A stretch of 64,000 nucleotides of DNA from an uncultured Chloroflexia bacterium (GTDB lineage Bacteria; Chloroflexota; Limnocylindria; Limnocylindrales; CSP1-4), in NCBI GenBank assembly GCA_963728605.1, contig CAVSKS010000009.1:599317-663316 (forward strand), read 5' to 3'. Both the position numbers and the translations under genes were made by a program. Each line of letters opens with the position of its first letter. The stretch's first letter is position 1. Positions 54,889 through 64,000 of the stretch are shown piece after piece. The notes beneath the pieces are model-generated. The model searched no databases and was not told the origin of the DNA. It worked only from the letters and a program-made list of their open reading frames with translations.

Positions 54889-56373
54889 TCAGTGAGCGGG
54901 TAATCGACGGGAACCGGCAGGTGCGGCCAGCTGATCCGCGACTTTCTGAGCCGACTCGAGGGCGCCTTCGACCCACGCCCCGCGGCGGCAGAAGACTTCG
55001 CCGCAGAGGTGGATCGGCAGCGCTGGGTCGGGCTGCGCGGCGAGGTCCATCATCTCGTCCGAGTTGGCGCCGGAGCGCCAGAAATGCCATCCGACTTCGC
55101 GTGGGTCGGCGCCCCAGTGCTGGAAGGCCGAGCCGGCCGGCACGGCAGGGACCTCCGCACCGGGATGCGCAGCGCTCAGCCAGCCCCGGAGGGCTTCCAG
55201 GAGGGCCGCCGGGACAGGTGCTCCCCCACTCCGGCCGTCGGCCAGGGCGACGATGGGTTCGTTGTGCCTGTGATCGGTGAATGCGGCGAGGACCGCGGCC
55301 GGACCCTTCGCGCCCGGCGTTTCGTCGAAGTAGAAGATCTTCCGGTTCGGCAGGTCGGTCGTCGTCCGGAGGCCCGTCGGTGGGTCGGCGCTGTCGCGCC
55401 ACCAGGGTCGGTCGTACCAGCAATAGAGCTTCGTGGCCGGGAAGCCCGCGATCGATTGGTACAGCCGTCGCCATGTCGGCCCGTTGATGGCCGGAGAAGC
55501 CTCGGCGAGTGCCTCGAGCGCCGGGATCGGCAGGGTCAGGACGAGCCGCCGTGCCCGCGCCCGCGAGCCATCGGCGAACCCCAGAAGCAGGCTCCCCTCC
55601 CCCATCTCGACCCGCTCCACGTCGTGTCCGAGTCGGACGGTTCCGCCGAGCCCCTCGAACCGCGCAGCCAGCTCACGCGGCACCCGATCCATGCCGTCGA
55701 TGGGCACGCGTGCCTGGCCCGATGGATAGCCGGTGCCCATGAGGTACTGAATCGCGTCGGCGGCGTTGTGGGGGTGGATACCGGAGTCGTACCCGAAGGC
55801 ATCGCTGGCGAACCGATGGCCCTGCGGGCTCAGGATCGTCGCGACGGCCTCGGCGATCGACCAATCGATGAGTGGCCGCCCACCGAACGTCCCCGTTGCC
55901 CGATGTCGGCGCCAGCCTGCCTCATCCAGCTCGCGAGCCGGCGGCACGATCCGGAGGAAGGCATCGCGCATGAGGTCGGACGCCGAGCGTCCCGCTTCTT
56001 CGGCGGGCAGGTCGTAGCCGCGGCCGCCCTCGGGATCGTCCGGGCTGCTGCCGATGACGCCGCGGAGGAATGTCCGTTCGGGCTGATTTGACGGATCGAA
56101 GGCGCGCGTCTCGATCCCCAGGTCGTCGACGACCGACTGCACCAGCGGGTGGCCGGACATGTAGCGCATGCCGCCGAGCTCGATTGGGTGTGACAGCCCG
56201 TCCACGTGGACGGACCAGAGGCGACCGCCGATCCGGTTCGACCGCTCGAAGATCGCGATCCGCCAGTCGGGTCGTGCCTGCAGGAGTCGGTACCCGAGGT
56301 AGGTGCCCGCGGCGCCAGCCCCGACGATTGCGACATCGAACGCCGTGTCCGGAGATGTCGATGGCTGCGACAT
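54889..56373 (-). CDS. FAD-dependent amine oxidase (monoamine/L-amino-acid oxidase family)
   Basis: DVAIVGAGAAGTYLGYRL dinucleotide-binding motif. IGGRLWS. C-terminal oxidase fold. Confidence 0.85.
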   Translation of the reverse strand: MSQPSTSPDTAFDVAIVGAGAAGTYLGYRLLQARPDWRIAIFERSNRIGGRLWSVHVDGLSHPIELGGMRYMSGHPLVQSVVDDLGIETRAFDPSNQPERTFLRGVIGSSPDDPEGGRGYDLPAEEAGRSASDLMRDAFLRIVPPARELDEAGWRRHRATGTFGGRPLIDWSIAEAVATILSPQGHRFASDAFGYDSGIHPHNAADAIQYLMGTGYPSGQARVPIDGMDRVPRELAARFEGLGGTVRLGHDVERVEMGEGSLLLGFADGSRARARRLVLTLPIPALEALAEASPAINGPTWRRLYQSIAGFPATKLYCWYDRPWWRDSADPPTGLRTTTDLPNRKIFYFDETPGAKGPAAVLAAFTDHRHNEPIVALADGRSGGAPVPAALLEALRGWLSAAHPGAEVPAVPAGSAFQHWGADPREVGWHFWRSGANSDEMMDLAAQPDPALPIHLCGEVFCRRGAWVEGALESAQKVADQLAAPAGSRRLPAH

Positions 56374-56376
56374 GAC

Positions 56377-57069
56377 CTACCCCATGCCCCAGACGAGCGA
56401 GGCGATCCACAGCGTCAGCGCAGCCCAGGCGAGCCCGATGAGCTGGACTCGCGGGAGGCCCACCCGAACCGCCGGAACCAGGAGAGCGAGCTCGGTCACG
56501 GCGTGGGCCGCGATCGTGACGACGACGAGCGGCGGCGACGCCGCGACGAGGAGCGTCCAGCCGATGTGGAGGCCCGTCTTCCATATCCGCTCGATGACAC
56601 CCCACAGCGGCGAGTCCGACCGGGTCTGGTCGCGCAGCGGGATCAGCGAGATCGCCTGGTCGCGCTCGGGATCCCGTCCGATCAGGGCGAGGATGGCTGC
56701 CCCGCTGACGATCGAGAAGACGGCCTCGGCGCCGCCCCAGCCGAGACCGACCCACAGCGCCCGAGTTGCCACGAGCCCCACCACAAGGACGACCCCCAGC
56801 CGCACCAGTTCCTCGACGATGCTGGCGACGACGGCAATGATCGGGTCCGCTCGCAGCCGGTCCTGCTGAGCGAGGCGGGACACGAGGCCCGACAGCGGGA
56901 AGCGCAATGCCAGGCAGAGACCCCAGCCGACGATGCCTGCCGCAAGCGCCCCGGGGTCCACCGAAGCGCCCGCCTGGACGAGCCCGAGTCCGAGGATGAA
57001 CGGCGCGGCGACGGCGAGCTTGGCCGCGCGTCTGAAGCTCAATCGGTAGGCGAAAATGTCGAAGGTCAT
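56377..57069 (-). CDS. hypothetical polytopic membrane protein
   Basis: Internal ATG at 57069. Six or seven hydrophobic helices. Lies between the large repeat protein gene and the amine oxidase gene on the same strand. Confidence 0.55.
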   Translation of the reverse strand: MTFDIFAYRLSFRRAAKLAVAAPFILGLGLVQAGASVDPGALAAGIVGWGLCLALRFPLSGLVSRLAQQDRLRADPIIAVVASIVEELVRLGVVLVVGLVATRALWVGLGWGGAEAVFSIVSGAAILALIGRDPERDQAISLIPLRDQTRSDSPLWGVIERIWKTGLHIGWTLLVAASPPLVVVTIAAHAVTELALLVPAVRVGLPRVQLIGLAWAALTLWIASLVWGMG

Positions 57070-57077
57070 CGCGCTAC

Positions 57078-60000
57078 CTACTTCTCGACCTGGCGCCTGA
57101 CGACACCGGAGGCCGTCAGGACCAGGCCCGAAACCACGATCCAGCCGCCGACGGCATAGGCAACCTTCATCATCCGCCAGAACCAGTAACCGTCCTGGGA
57201 CGAGACCGTGCAGCGTTGCTCCTGGCGGAGATCGAGCAGCGGCACCATCACGTCGAGGGCGTAGAGCGCCGGATCGATCTGGTTTCGACAGTCGACTTCG
57301 GCGGCCTCGCTTCCCGACGGTGCCGTTGGCACCACCACCAGCCTGCCGTCCTCGGTGAGGGTCGTGCTGACGGCGGCGGTATCGACCTTCAGGACGTTGG
57401 TGGCGGGCGCGATCCCGGACGTGCCAAGCCAGGCAAGCGCCCATCCGATGGCCCACAGGGCGACGCACGACTTGAGCGCGGCGTCGGTTCGAAGGCCGTA
57501 ACCGAACAGCTTCTCGACGGGCCACATCAGGACCCTCGTTCGAAGCAGGGCGACGGTCCCGCCGACGGCTCCGACGAGGAGCACGGATCGGACGGTGTCG
57601 CTCCTGAGCGTCGGGGGCAGGTCGGGCACGACGTGGCTCAGGACAAGTCCCACCGTCGCCAGCAAGGCGAGACCGGCGAGCAGCACGCGCATGACCGGAT
57701 GACCCACGATCCTCCGGTCGTAGACCTGGCGTTCGGTCTGCAGCTTCTCGATCGTGATGGCGTCGGCTCGGATGTAGTGGCCCTCGTTCCGCCACGTCCG
57801 GGCGAGCTGTTCGTATGGTTGGGGCTGGTAGGCCTCCTCGGTCGGCATGGCCGAGGTCGGGTACTGGGCCGTAAGCCATCGCCGGCGCCACTCGTGGGCT
57901 CGCTGACGTTCGGCGACGGGCTTGGCCTGGTCAGCTTGACCGCGCAATGCCGAGATCCCGGCGCGCAGGCGAGCAAGCGCACCGGCGATGCGTGCGGCAA
58001 TGGAGCCCGCCGGATCGCGCCGGCGGCCCTCGCTCGCTCCAAACTCGGCTCGTGTGGCAGGCGCCTTCGGGGTCGGGGGTGGCCCAGGCCCGAGGCGGCC
58101 ATACTCGAAGCCCACCAGGCGTAGCTGGACGACGGGCTCCCAGGGCTCACCCGCCGCCGGTGCGTCGCCGGCGAACCAGCCAGCCCCGGAATCGTCGTCG
58201 ATCGCCGCAACCTGGAGTCCGGCGAGGTCGACCATGGGCCGCGACCAGCCCGTTGGCCAGGTCGGCGTCATGGCCCGTCCAACCCAGGCTTTTCCCAGCT
58301 CCCCGACGACCGACCTCAGGACTGTCTCCCGCGTCTCGGGCTCCCAGGCCGCGAACGAGACTGAGAGATGGTCCGGTGGCCAGCCCGCCGATTGCCCATC
58401 GCCTGTCACCTCGTACCAGCGGATCGGCGGGGCGAATGCCAATCGCCCTGCTGCGGTCGCGGTGCGCAGTGGCTCGTCGTCCAGCATCTCCACGGAGCCT
58501 GTGGGCCCGATCAGAAGCTCCGCTGCGAAGGTGGCCGACCCGTAGGTGACCTCGGCGTGCGCCGCCCACGCACCGTTGACGGCCGGCGCGATGCGGATGC
58601 TGCCCGGTGTCAGAGAGAACGGCCCTTCGTCACCCCAGACGGCGTAACAGAAGAACTCGAGATAGGCGGTGGCCAGGTCTTCGCTGCCGAGCAGCGGGGC
58701 GGTTTCATCATTCCTGTCGTGAATCACGCTGGACGCGCCGTCCAGGATCCGAATCTCGACCTGGCCCTCGCTCGATACCGCATCGGGCTCGGCCAGAAGG
58801 AACGACAGCACCCCGATACCCCGGTCCGGCATCGGGCGGATCAGCACCTCGAGCAACGACCAACCGGGGTAGAACGGCAGGCCGGCGGACCGCGCGCCGA
58901 TGATCGCGGCCCGGTCGAGGGCGATGACGGCCGCGGCGGACAGGCTTCGCACCCGCAGGTCTTGCCCCACGTGAGCGTCTTCGAGGCTCAAGCTGGGTGC
59001 GTCCCCATTGAGCGACACGAGCGCCACCTCGTCGAGCACGAGCCGGCCGTCGACCGTCGCCGCCGAGAGGTCGATCCGACCGACCGTGCCTTTGACCTCG
59101 AGATCGCCTCGAACGCGCAAGCCGCGGGCGTCGATTGCCTGGATCGGACCGCGGCTCCAGCCCATCAGCCAGGCTCGCCCGTCGATGGTCGCGCCCGTCA
59201 GTTCCAGGCTCGATACGTCGCTCTGCGTCTCCCCCGACGGGTCGTCGATCGCGGGCCCAACCAGGAGGTCCGCCCCGATCTTCGAGGCGTACAGATCGAC
59301 GGCCGGGCCCGTAGCGCCAATGGTCTCGATCACGGCACCCCGGAGGTCGAGGGTCCCCCCGATGGCGGCCCCGTACAGGTCGACGGAGCCGTGGGCGTCG
59401 AGGCCCATACCGAGGGCGACATGACGGCGAACCTCGAGCGATTGCCCGACGACGGCGTTCGTCGTGTTCTCGCCGAGCACGGGCGCGACGAGGCGGGCCC
59501 CGCGCGCCCACACGTCGCCCCCGATGACCGCACTCGAAAGGTTGGTGCCGCCGTTCGACTCGAAGTCCGGCTCCAGCATCAGCCAGCTGCCGATGCGGGC
59601 ATTCCGAAGGTCGAGACCGAACCTGGTCCGTAATCCGGCCCACAGAGGATCGTCGGCGGGATCCCATGGCCGTTCCGCTGTCCACGGAACGCCCAGCTTC
59701 GCGCGGGCCGCGGTCAGCGCGCCGCCGACCTGGATGTTGCGGGCCTTGACCCAGCAGGCGCCGGTCGCCGCCGGATCCTCCCGACCGCGCAGGCCATCGA
59801 TGCCGAGGTCCCCGCCGATGACCGCGCTGCTGAGCTCGATTCCGTCCGCCCGGCAGTCGGACAGGGAGAGCCGGCGAATACTTGCGTGACTCGCGTCGAG
59901 CCCGGGTGACGTCGCGGTGGTGCCGACCAGCTCGCAGTCCGTGAGGATCAGGGCGTTGCATGGCTCGCCGGCGGGCCCACGTGCGTCTCGGAGGTCGATG

Positions 60001-60227
60001 GTTCCGGCGATCCGGGCACCCCGTATCCGGACACCGCTCGGCGCGCCTGACCCAAGCACGAGCGACCTGACAACGGGGGCTGGCACTGTCTCGCCGTGTT
60101 GCTGGGATTCGCGGCCATGCTTGACGTCCTGCCGCAACCGGTCGACGGCCGATGGCCCTTTCGCCGTGGCCCGACGCTTGTTGGCCCCACCAGGCGTCGT
60201 CCGATCGGAACGGCCAGGGTCAGTCAC
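57078..60227 (-). CDS. large (1049 aa) pentapeptide-repeat/beta-helix protein with C-terminal polytopic membrane domain
   Basis: Many repeats of the form LSSAVIGGDLGIDGL, LYGAAIGGTLDLRGAVIE, LTGATIDGRAWL. At least four TM helices in the last 250 aa. Confidence 0.8.
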   Translation of the reverse strand: MTDPGRSDRTTPGGANKRRATAKGPSAVDRLRQDVKHGRESQQHGETVPAPVVRSLVLGSGAPSGVRIRGARIAGTIDLRDARGPAGEPCNALILTDCELVGTTATSPGLDASHASIRRLSLSDCRADGIELSSAVIGGDLGIDGLRGREDPAATGACWVKARNIQVGGALTAARAKLGVPWTAERPWDPADDPLWAGLRTRFGLDLRNARIGSWLMLEPDFESNGGTNLSSAVIGGDVWARGARLVAPVLGENTTNAVVGQSLEVRRHVALGMGLDAHGSVDLYGAAIGGTLDLRGAVIETIGATGPAVDLYASKIGADLLVGPAIDDPSGETQSDVSSLELTGATIDGRAWLMGWSRGPIQAIDARGLRVRGDLEVKGTVGRIDLSAATVDGRLVLDEVALVSLNGDAPSLSLEDAHVGQDLRVRSLSAAAVIALDRAAIIGARSAGLPFYPGWSLLEVLIRPMPDRGIGVLSFLLAEPDAVSSEGQVEIRILDGASSVIHDRNDETAPLLGSEDLATAYLEFFCYAVWGDEGPFSLTPGSIRIAPAVNGAWAAHAEVTYGSATFAAELLIGPTGSVEMLDDEPLRTATAAGRLAFAPPIRWYEVTGDGQSAGWPPDHLSVSFAAWEPETRETVLRSVVGELGKAWVGRAMTPTWPTGWSRPMVDLAGLQVAAIDDDSGAGWFAGDAPAAGEPWEPVVQLRLVGFEYGRLGPGPPPTPKAPATRAEFGASEGRRRDPAGSIAARIAGALARLRAGISALRGQADQAKPVAERQRAHEWRRRWLTAQYPTSAMPTEEAYQPQPYEQLARTWRNEGHYIRADAITIEKLQTERQVYDRRIVGHPVMRVLLAGLALLATVGLVLSHVVPDLPPTLRSDTVRSVLLVGAVGGTVALLRTRVLMWPVEKLFGYGLRTDAALKSCVALWAIGWALAWLGTSGIAPATNVLKVDTAAVSTTLTEDGRLVVVPTAPSGSEAAEVDCRNQIDPALYALDVMVPLLDLRQEQRCTVSSQDGYWFWRMMKVAYAVGGWIVVSGLVLTASGVVRRQVEK

Positions 60228-60673
60228 CCGGGCGCTCGCAGGACGTGCGCGGTCGCCGGCATGCGATCCGTCGGCTGGATCACCTGGTGCCCACCTCTGG
60301 CGGTCGGTGGGCTGACGAGACGCACCGACGAGCGTGGCCGGAGTCTACATCCGTGAGTGCCCGCTCAACGCGTCAGGCGGGCACGAGGGGCGAATTTGCG
60401 TTGCCGGAGCGTCAGAGCTCGGCCACCGCCGGCTCGAGCGAGATCGTCAGCCCGTCGGCGTCGATGGCGGCCCGAACGCCGAGCGGTAGCGGGATGTTTG
60501 GTGGCTCGTGGCCACGCTCGTAGAGCTCGAGATCGGCGGCCTCGAGCGGCCCGGAGAGGGCCGCAATCGCGACTTCGTCGCCGGCGCGAAGGGCCCTCGG
60601 CCGGAGGATCGATGGCACGCTGACGACACTCCGGTTCACGAGGCGACGGTAGCAGGGAACAATCCGGCAGGTT

Positions 60674-61279
60674 GATGCCCCAGACTCAACAGCGGCCCTT
60701 GAAGCCGCGCTTGGAGACACGGCGATCCAGCGAGAGCTTGTCGAGCGGGCGCAGCAGGGCGACCTTGACGCGTTTTCGGCGCTGACGGTCGGCCGGACGA
60801 ACCGCCTGTACCAGGCGGCTCGGTTGATCCTGCGCGACGCTTCGTTGGCCGAGGACGTCGTCCAGGACTCGCTCGTCCGCGCCTGGCAGGACATCCGGGG
60901 CCTGCGCGACCCCGACAAGTTCGACGCCTGGCTGCACCGGCTGCTCGTCCGCGACTGCTACCGGGCAGCCGCCAGGCACCGACGCCGCGCCCGCATCGAG
61001 GTCGACATCGTCGACGTCTCGCGCCCGGAACCGGGGAGTCTCGCCGGAGAGGTCGAAACGCGCGACCAGGTCGCTCGTGGTTTCGAGCGCCTCTCGCCCG
61101 ATCAACGGACGGTGATCGTCCTCCACCACTACCTGGGCTTCACGCTGGCCGAGTCGGCCGAGGTGCTGGGGATCCCGCTGGGCACCATGCAATCCCGGCT
61201 GTTCCGTGCGCTCCGAAGGATGCGTGCCGCGCTCGAGGCCGATGACCAATCGCCGGTGACCGGCGGGAGGCCGGGATGA
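60674..61279 (+). CDS. ECF sigma factor (no canonical start codon found in frame; N-terminus uncertain)
   Basis: DTAIQRELVERAQQGDLDAFSALT...DVVQDSLVRAWQD...LGFTLAESAEVLGIPLGTMQSRLFRAL. The frame opens after a TAG at about 60660. The first in-frame ATG is at 60824, inside region 2. Confidence 0.7.
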   Translation, partial: DAPDSTAALEAALGDTAIQRELVERAQQGDLDAFSALTVGRTNRLYQAARLILRDASLAEDVVQDSLVRAWQDIRGLRDPDKFDAWLHRLLVRDCYRAAARHRRRARIEVDIVDVSRPEPGSLAGEVETRDQVARGFERLSPDQRTVIVLHHYLGFTLAESAEVLGIPLGTMQSRLFRALRRMRAALEADDQSPVTGGRPG

Positions 61280-62568
61280 ACGATCGCTTCGACCTCGACC
61301 TGACGGCCTGGATCGACTCGGAGACGGAGACCATGGCGCCGAGCTGGCTCCACGACAGCGCGATCGCCCGGGCGATGCGCACCCCGCAGCGGCCCGGATG
61401 GCGTGTCAGCCTCGAAGGGCTGTGGGACGGCGCCGGGACGTCCACCCTGCGGCGCCCGCGCGTCCTGCTGCTGGCGGCGGCGGTGGCGCTTCTCGTGCTT
61501 GCCGGCGCAGCCCTGTGGATCCTCGGTTCCCGACCGGAGCCGGTCCTGCCGTCGGTCCGAAACGGCCAGATCCTGGTCGCCCGCGCGATCGACGGGCCGG
61601 TAGCGCAGTACCGCACGATGAACCGCGACGGCTCGAATGAGCAGCTCGTGTTCGAGGCCCAGGAGTGCGGCCAGTGCGCGTTCTGGTCGCCGGACGGCAC
61701 TCGGATCCTGATCCCCGAGTTCGCAAACGACCGCCTGATGGCAGCGGTCGTCCGGGCCGACGGCGCCGCAAAGATCGTTCTCCAGCCGCTGCCCGGTTCG
61801 ACCGTCAACCTGGGCCCGGGCGGGTGGTCACCAAACGGCTCGCTGATCGCCCTGGCCGGATGGGATGACACGGATCCGACCCGACGCGGGATCTACATCG
61901 CTTCGCCCGACGGAACCGGGCTCCGGCAGGTCAGCCGGAGCACGGACGGCCGGCCGCACGACTTCACCTCGTTCTCGCCCGATGGCACCCAGATCCTGTT
62001 CGTGGCCATCGATCCGGTTGGTCCATCGAACGGCGGGATTTCCGGTGATCTCATGATCGTGAACCTGGATGGCACGGGCCAGCGTCAGCTCAACGCGGAA
62101 GGTACGAAGGTGGTCGCCACGGTCCGCTCGGGGCGGCCGATGGACTGGTCACCGGACGGCTCCGTCATCGCCTTCGCCGCGGTAGAGGGCGACCTGGACC
62201 AGGGACGAAGCGCCGTCTACCTGATCCCGGTCGATGCCGGCGAGCCCGAGCGGGTCACTGAGCCCGGCGACGGCGTGCAGAGCGTGGACTGGGCACCGAC
62301 CGGCAACCTCATCCTATCCGGCGATTCGCGTTCGATGTGGACGCTGGACGCCTCGAACCGCGAGCGTCACACACTGTGGACGTCGACGCCCGATGACCCT
62401 GCGTGCTGCGGGACGTGGTCACCCGATAGCCGGTTGATCCTCTTCGAGCGCGGTCAGCCCGGTCGCCGCGACCTGTGGACCATGCGGTCCGACGGGACCG
62501 TGGTCGGGCAGGTGACCCGCACGCCGGCGGACTACGTCTGGTACAGCTGGACGATCGAGACCGAATAG
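61276..62568 (+). CDS. anti-sigma factor with TolB-like (PD40) beta-propeller ectodomain
   Basis: Overlaps the sigma stop. TM helix VLLLAAAVALLVLAGAALWIL. Repeats WSPDGTRILIP, WSPNGSLIALAG, FSPDGTQILFVA, WSPDGSVIAFAAV, WSPDSRLILFERG. Confidence 0.75.
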   Translation: MNDRFDLDLTAWIDSETETMAPSWLHDSAIARAMRTPQRPGWRVSLEGLWDGAGTSTLRRPRVLLLAAAVALLVLAGAALWILGSRPEPVLPSVRNGQILVARAIDGPVAQYRTMNRDGSNEQLVFEAQECGQCAFWSPDGTRILIPEFANDRLMAAVVRADGAAKIVLQPLPGSTVNLGPGGWSPNGSLIALAGWDDTDPTRRGIYIASPDGTGLRQVSRSTDGRPHDFTSFSPDGTQILFVAIDPVGPSNGGISGDLMIVNLDGTGQRQLNAEGTKVVATVRSGRPMDWSPDGSVIAFAAVEGDLDQGRSAVYLIPVDAGEPERVTEPGDGVQSVDWAPTGNLILSGDSRSMWTLDASNRERHTLWTSTPDDPACCGTWSPDSRLILFERGQPGRRDLWTMRSDGTVVGQVTRTPADYVWYSWTIETE

Positions 62569-62657
62569 GCCGCTATCGGTCGGGGAACAATCTGCGGGTC
62601 GTTGCCCCCAGTCGAGGTGAAGGCGCCGTCGGCGCCGGACCTCGGAGGGCGGGAGCG

Positions 62658-63881
62658 ATGGGCTACTCGGTCGAACATCCACGGGCTTGGCGCGTTCTCG
62701 GGCTGATGGCGGTCGTCGCGCTCCTCGGTGCGTGTGCCTCCTCGGCGGTCCCGAGTGGCTCGGTCCCATTGACGCCAGGGCACTCGTCCCTCCCCTCCCC
62801 TGCGTTGTCGCCGAGCCACACGCCCCTGCCATCCGTAGAGCCGTCGCTGCCGCCGTCGGTCAACCTCCAGGGCCAGCTCTTCGTGGCCAGCCTGACCGGC
62901 GAGCACGAGCAGTACTTCGTGATCGTGGACGGCGAGCGCCGGGAGATCTTCGAGGCGGAGGGCTGTCACCCGTGCGTCGGTGTTTCCCCCGACGGCCGCT
63001 ACTTGAGCCACCCCTGGATCACGCCGAGCGACGGGTTCTCCGCCGCGGTGTACGACGTCGTCACCGGCGAGACTGCCGAGCTGCCAATTCCCGAGGGCTT
63101 CAGTGCGCTGGGTCCCGGCGCGATCTCCCCGGACGGCAAGCGGCTCGCCCGCCACGGCTGGAGCGATACTGACCCGACCGTCGACGGCATCTACGCCACC
63201 AACCTCGACGGTTCGGACCTGGAACTCGTTGAACGGGTGACGGACGGCCGCGGCCGCGATCCGTTGTGGTGGTCGCCCGACGGCAAATGGCTCCTCGTCT
63301 GGAGCGAGGACCCGACCGCGACCAAGCAGAGCCACCTCGGTGACCTGTACCTCCTGCCCCTCCGCGGTGGAGGTGCCCGGATGATCAACCCGTCCGAGAC
63401 CTCCGTGCAGGCGATCATCCACTACGGCACCGCGGCGAGCTTCTCGTCGGACGGGACGCGGGTCGCGTTCGTGGGGCTTCAAACTGACGATCCGGAGCAG
63501 TCGGCGGTCTTCGTCGCCGACGTTGCGAGCGGCGCGGCCACCCAGCTGACCGACTGGGCCATCGGCACGTGGGCCGTGCTGTGGTCGCCGACCGAGGATC
63601 TGATCCTCGTCGACCGGAACCGATGGCCGGGGCGGACGTTCTCGATCCTGCGACCGGACGACAGTACGGAGCGGGAGCTCTGGTCGTCGACGGCGGACGA
63701 CGCGGGCTGCTGCCCGACGTGGTCGCCTGACGGAGAGCTCATCCTGTTCCAGCGCGGCGCCCGGGACGCCATGCAGCTGTGGCTGATGGACCTCGACGGC
63801 AAGGTCCACGGCCGGTACGACGGTGTCGAGCCCGGGAACTGGATGTGGCAGATGTGGACGCGCCTGGCCGAGGCCGGCTAG
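62658..63881 (+). CDS. lipoprotein with PD40/TolB-like beta-propeller repeats
   Basis: GGAGGG ribosome-binding site. Lipobox LLGACASS. Repeats WSPDGKWLLVWSED, FSSDGTRVAFVG, WSPDGELILFQRG. Confidence 0.75.
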   Translation: MGYSVEHPRAWRVLGLMAVVALLGACASSAVPSGSVPLTPGHSSLPSPALSPSHTPLPSVEPSLPPSVNLQGQLFVASLTGEHEQYFVIVDGERREIFEAEGCHPCVGVSPDGRYLSHPWITPSDGFSAAVYDVVTGETAELPIPEGFSALGPGAISPDGKRLARHGWSDTDPTVDGIYATNLDGSDLELVERVTDGRGRDPLWWSPDGKWLLVWSEDPTATKQSHLGDLYLLPLRGGGARMINPSETSVQAIIHYGTAASFSSDGTRVAFVGLQTDDPEQSAVFVADVASGAATQLTDWAIGTWAVLWSPTEDLILVDRNRWPGRTFSILRPDDSTERELWSSTADDAGCCPTWSPDGELILFQRGARDAMQLWLMDLDGKVHGRYDGVEPGNWMWQMWTRLAEAG

Positions 63882-64000
63882 GCGACCTCGGCCGGCCCCG
63901 CGCCGTTCCCGCGAGGCGACACAAACGGTCGCTGACATTTGACGGATCAGGCGAGGCAGGGAAGCATGTCGGCGATGCACCGCACCCTCGTGACCCTTGT

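Noticed and set aside
1-64000. tRNA, rRNA, tmRNA, integrase or transposase genes
   Set aside because: None recognised by eye. No GTTCGA-type T-loop contexts, no tyrosine-recombinase or DDE motifs. Needs tRNAscan or Infernal to be certain.

Overview
This 64 kb window is high-GC (roughly 70%) bacterial chromosomal DNA, probably from an Actinomycetota- or Chloroflexota-like organism. The guess rests on SLH and PT-linker proteins, F420/LLM-type oxidoreductases and many ECF sigma factors. It is mostly an accessory, mosaic region rather than a core housekeeping block. I found no rRNA, tRNA, CRISPR array, integrase or transposase.

Reading left to right:
- 1-1600: the 3' end of hflX and a hypothetical gene. 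A ~140-nt structured-RNA-like leader follows, and a second paralogous copy sits at 3413-3553 in front of a PLP-dependent dehydratase gene. Both copies carry DnaA-box-like TGTGGATAA motifs.
- 1970-3361: an SLH-domain protein and a truncated LamG-like fragment.
- 4556-8889: assorted secreted, lipoprotein and enzyme genes.
- 8900-17000: a toxin-antitoxin and defence island. It holds two tandem VapBC-type pairs, an AT-richer decayed AAA-ATPase plus Toprim-like (OLD/PARIS-like) two-gene module, a duplicated DUF2075 fragment, an intact DUF2075 NTPase with a membrane coiled-coil partner, and a ParDE-like pair.
- 17355-21244: an M14 carboxypeptidase operon with a protein made of eight ~45-aa tandem repeats plus a DUF4185-like domain.
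- 21100-24500: a mosaic zone. A ~500-bp segmental duplication covers a hypothetical gene, with scattered fragments of an S4 (Hsp15-like) gene nearby, one of them fused onto a vapC.
- 24500-51900: SUKH-type immunity-like genes, an MFS transporter fused to a cNMP-binding domain, three ECF sigma/anti-sigma pairs with beta-propeller or hydrolase ectodomains, an ABC importer, a degenerate-GGDEF/HD-GYP signalling protein, a PT-linker surface protein with an apparent frameshift, and LLM oxidoreductases.
- 51979-54734: the most interesting locus, at 52253-53603. A small peptide ends in three FDNS repeats and sits directly upstream of, and overlapping, a radical SAM enzyme with a C-terminal Cys cluster. 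This is a candidate undescribed RiPP (possibly cyclophane-type). A frameshifted SRPBCC gene and a membrane protein follow.
- 54889-63881: a minus-strand operon encodes a ~1050-aa pentapeptide-repeat polytopic membrane protein, a membrane protein and an FAD amine oxidase. It is transcribed divergently from an ECF sigma/TolB-like anti-sigma pair and a PD40 lipoprotein.

All calls come from reading the sequence and the ORF translations, judging third-position GC bias, and recognising motifs. No database search was possible.
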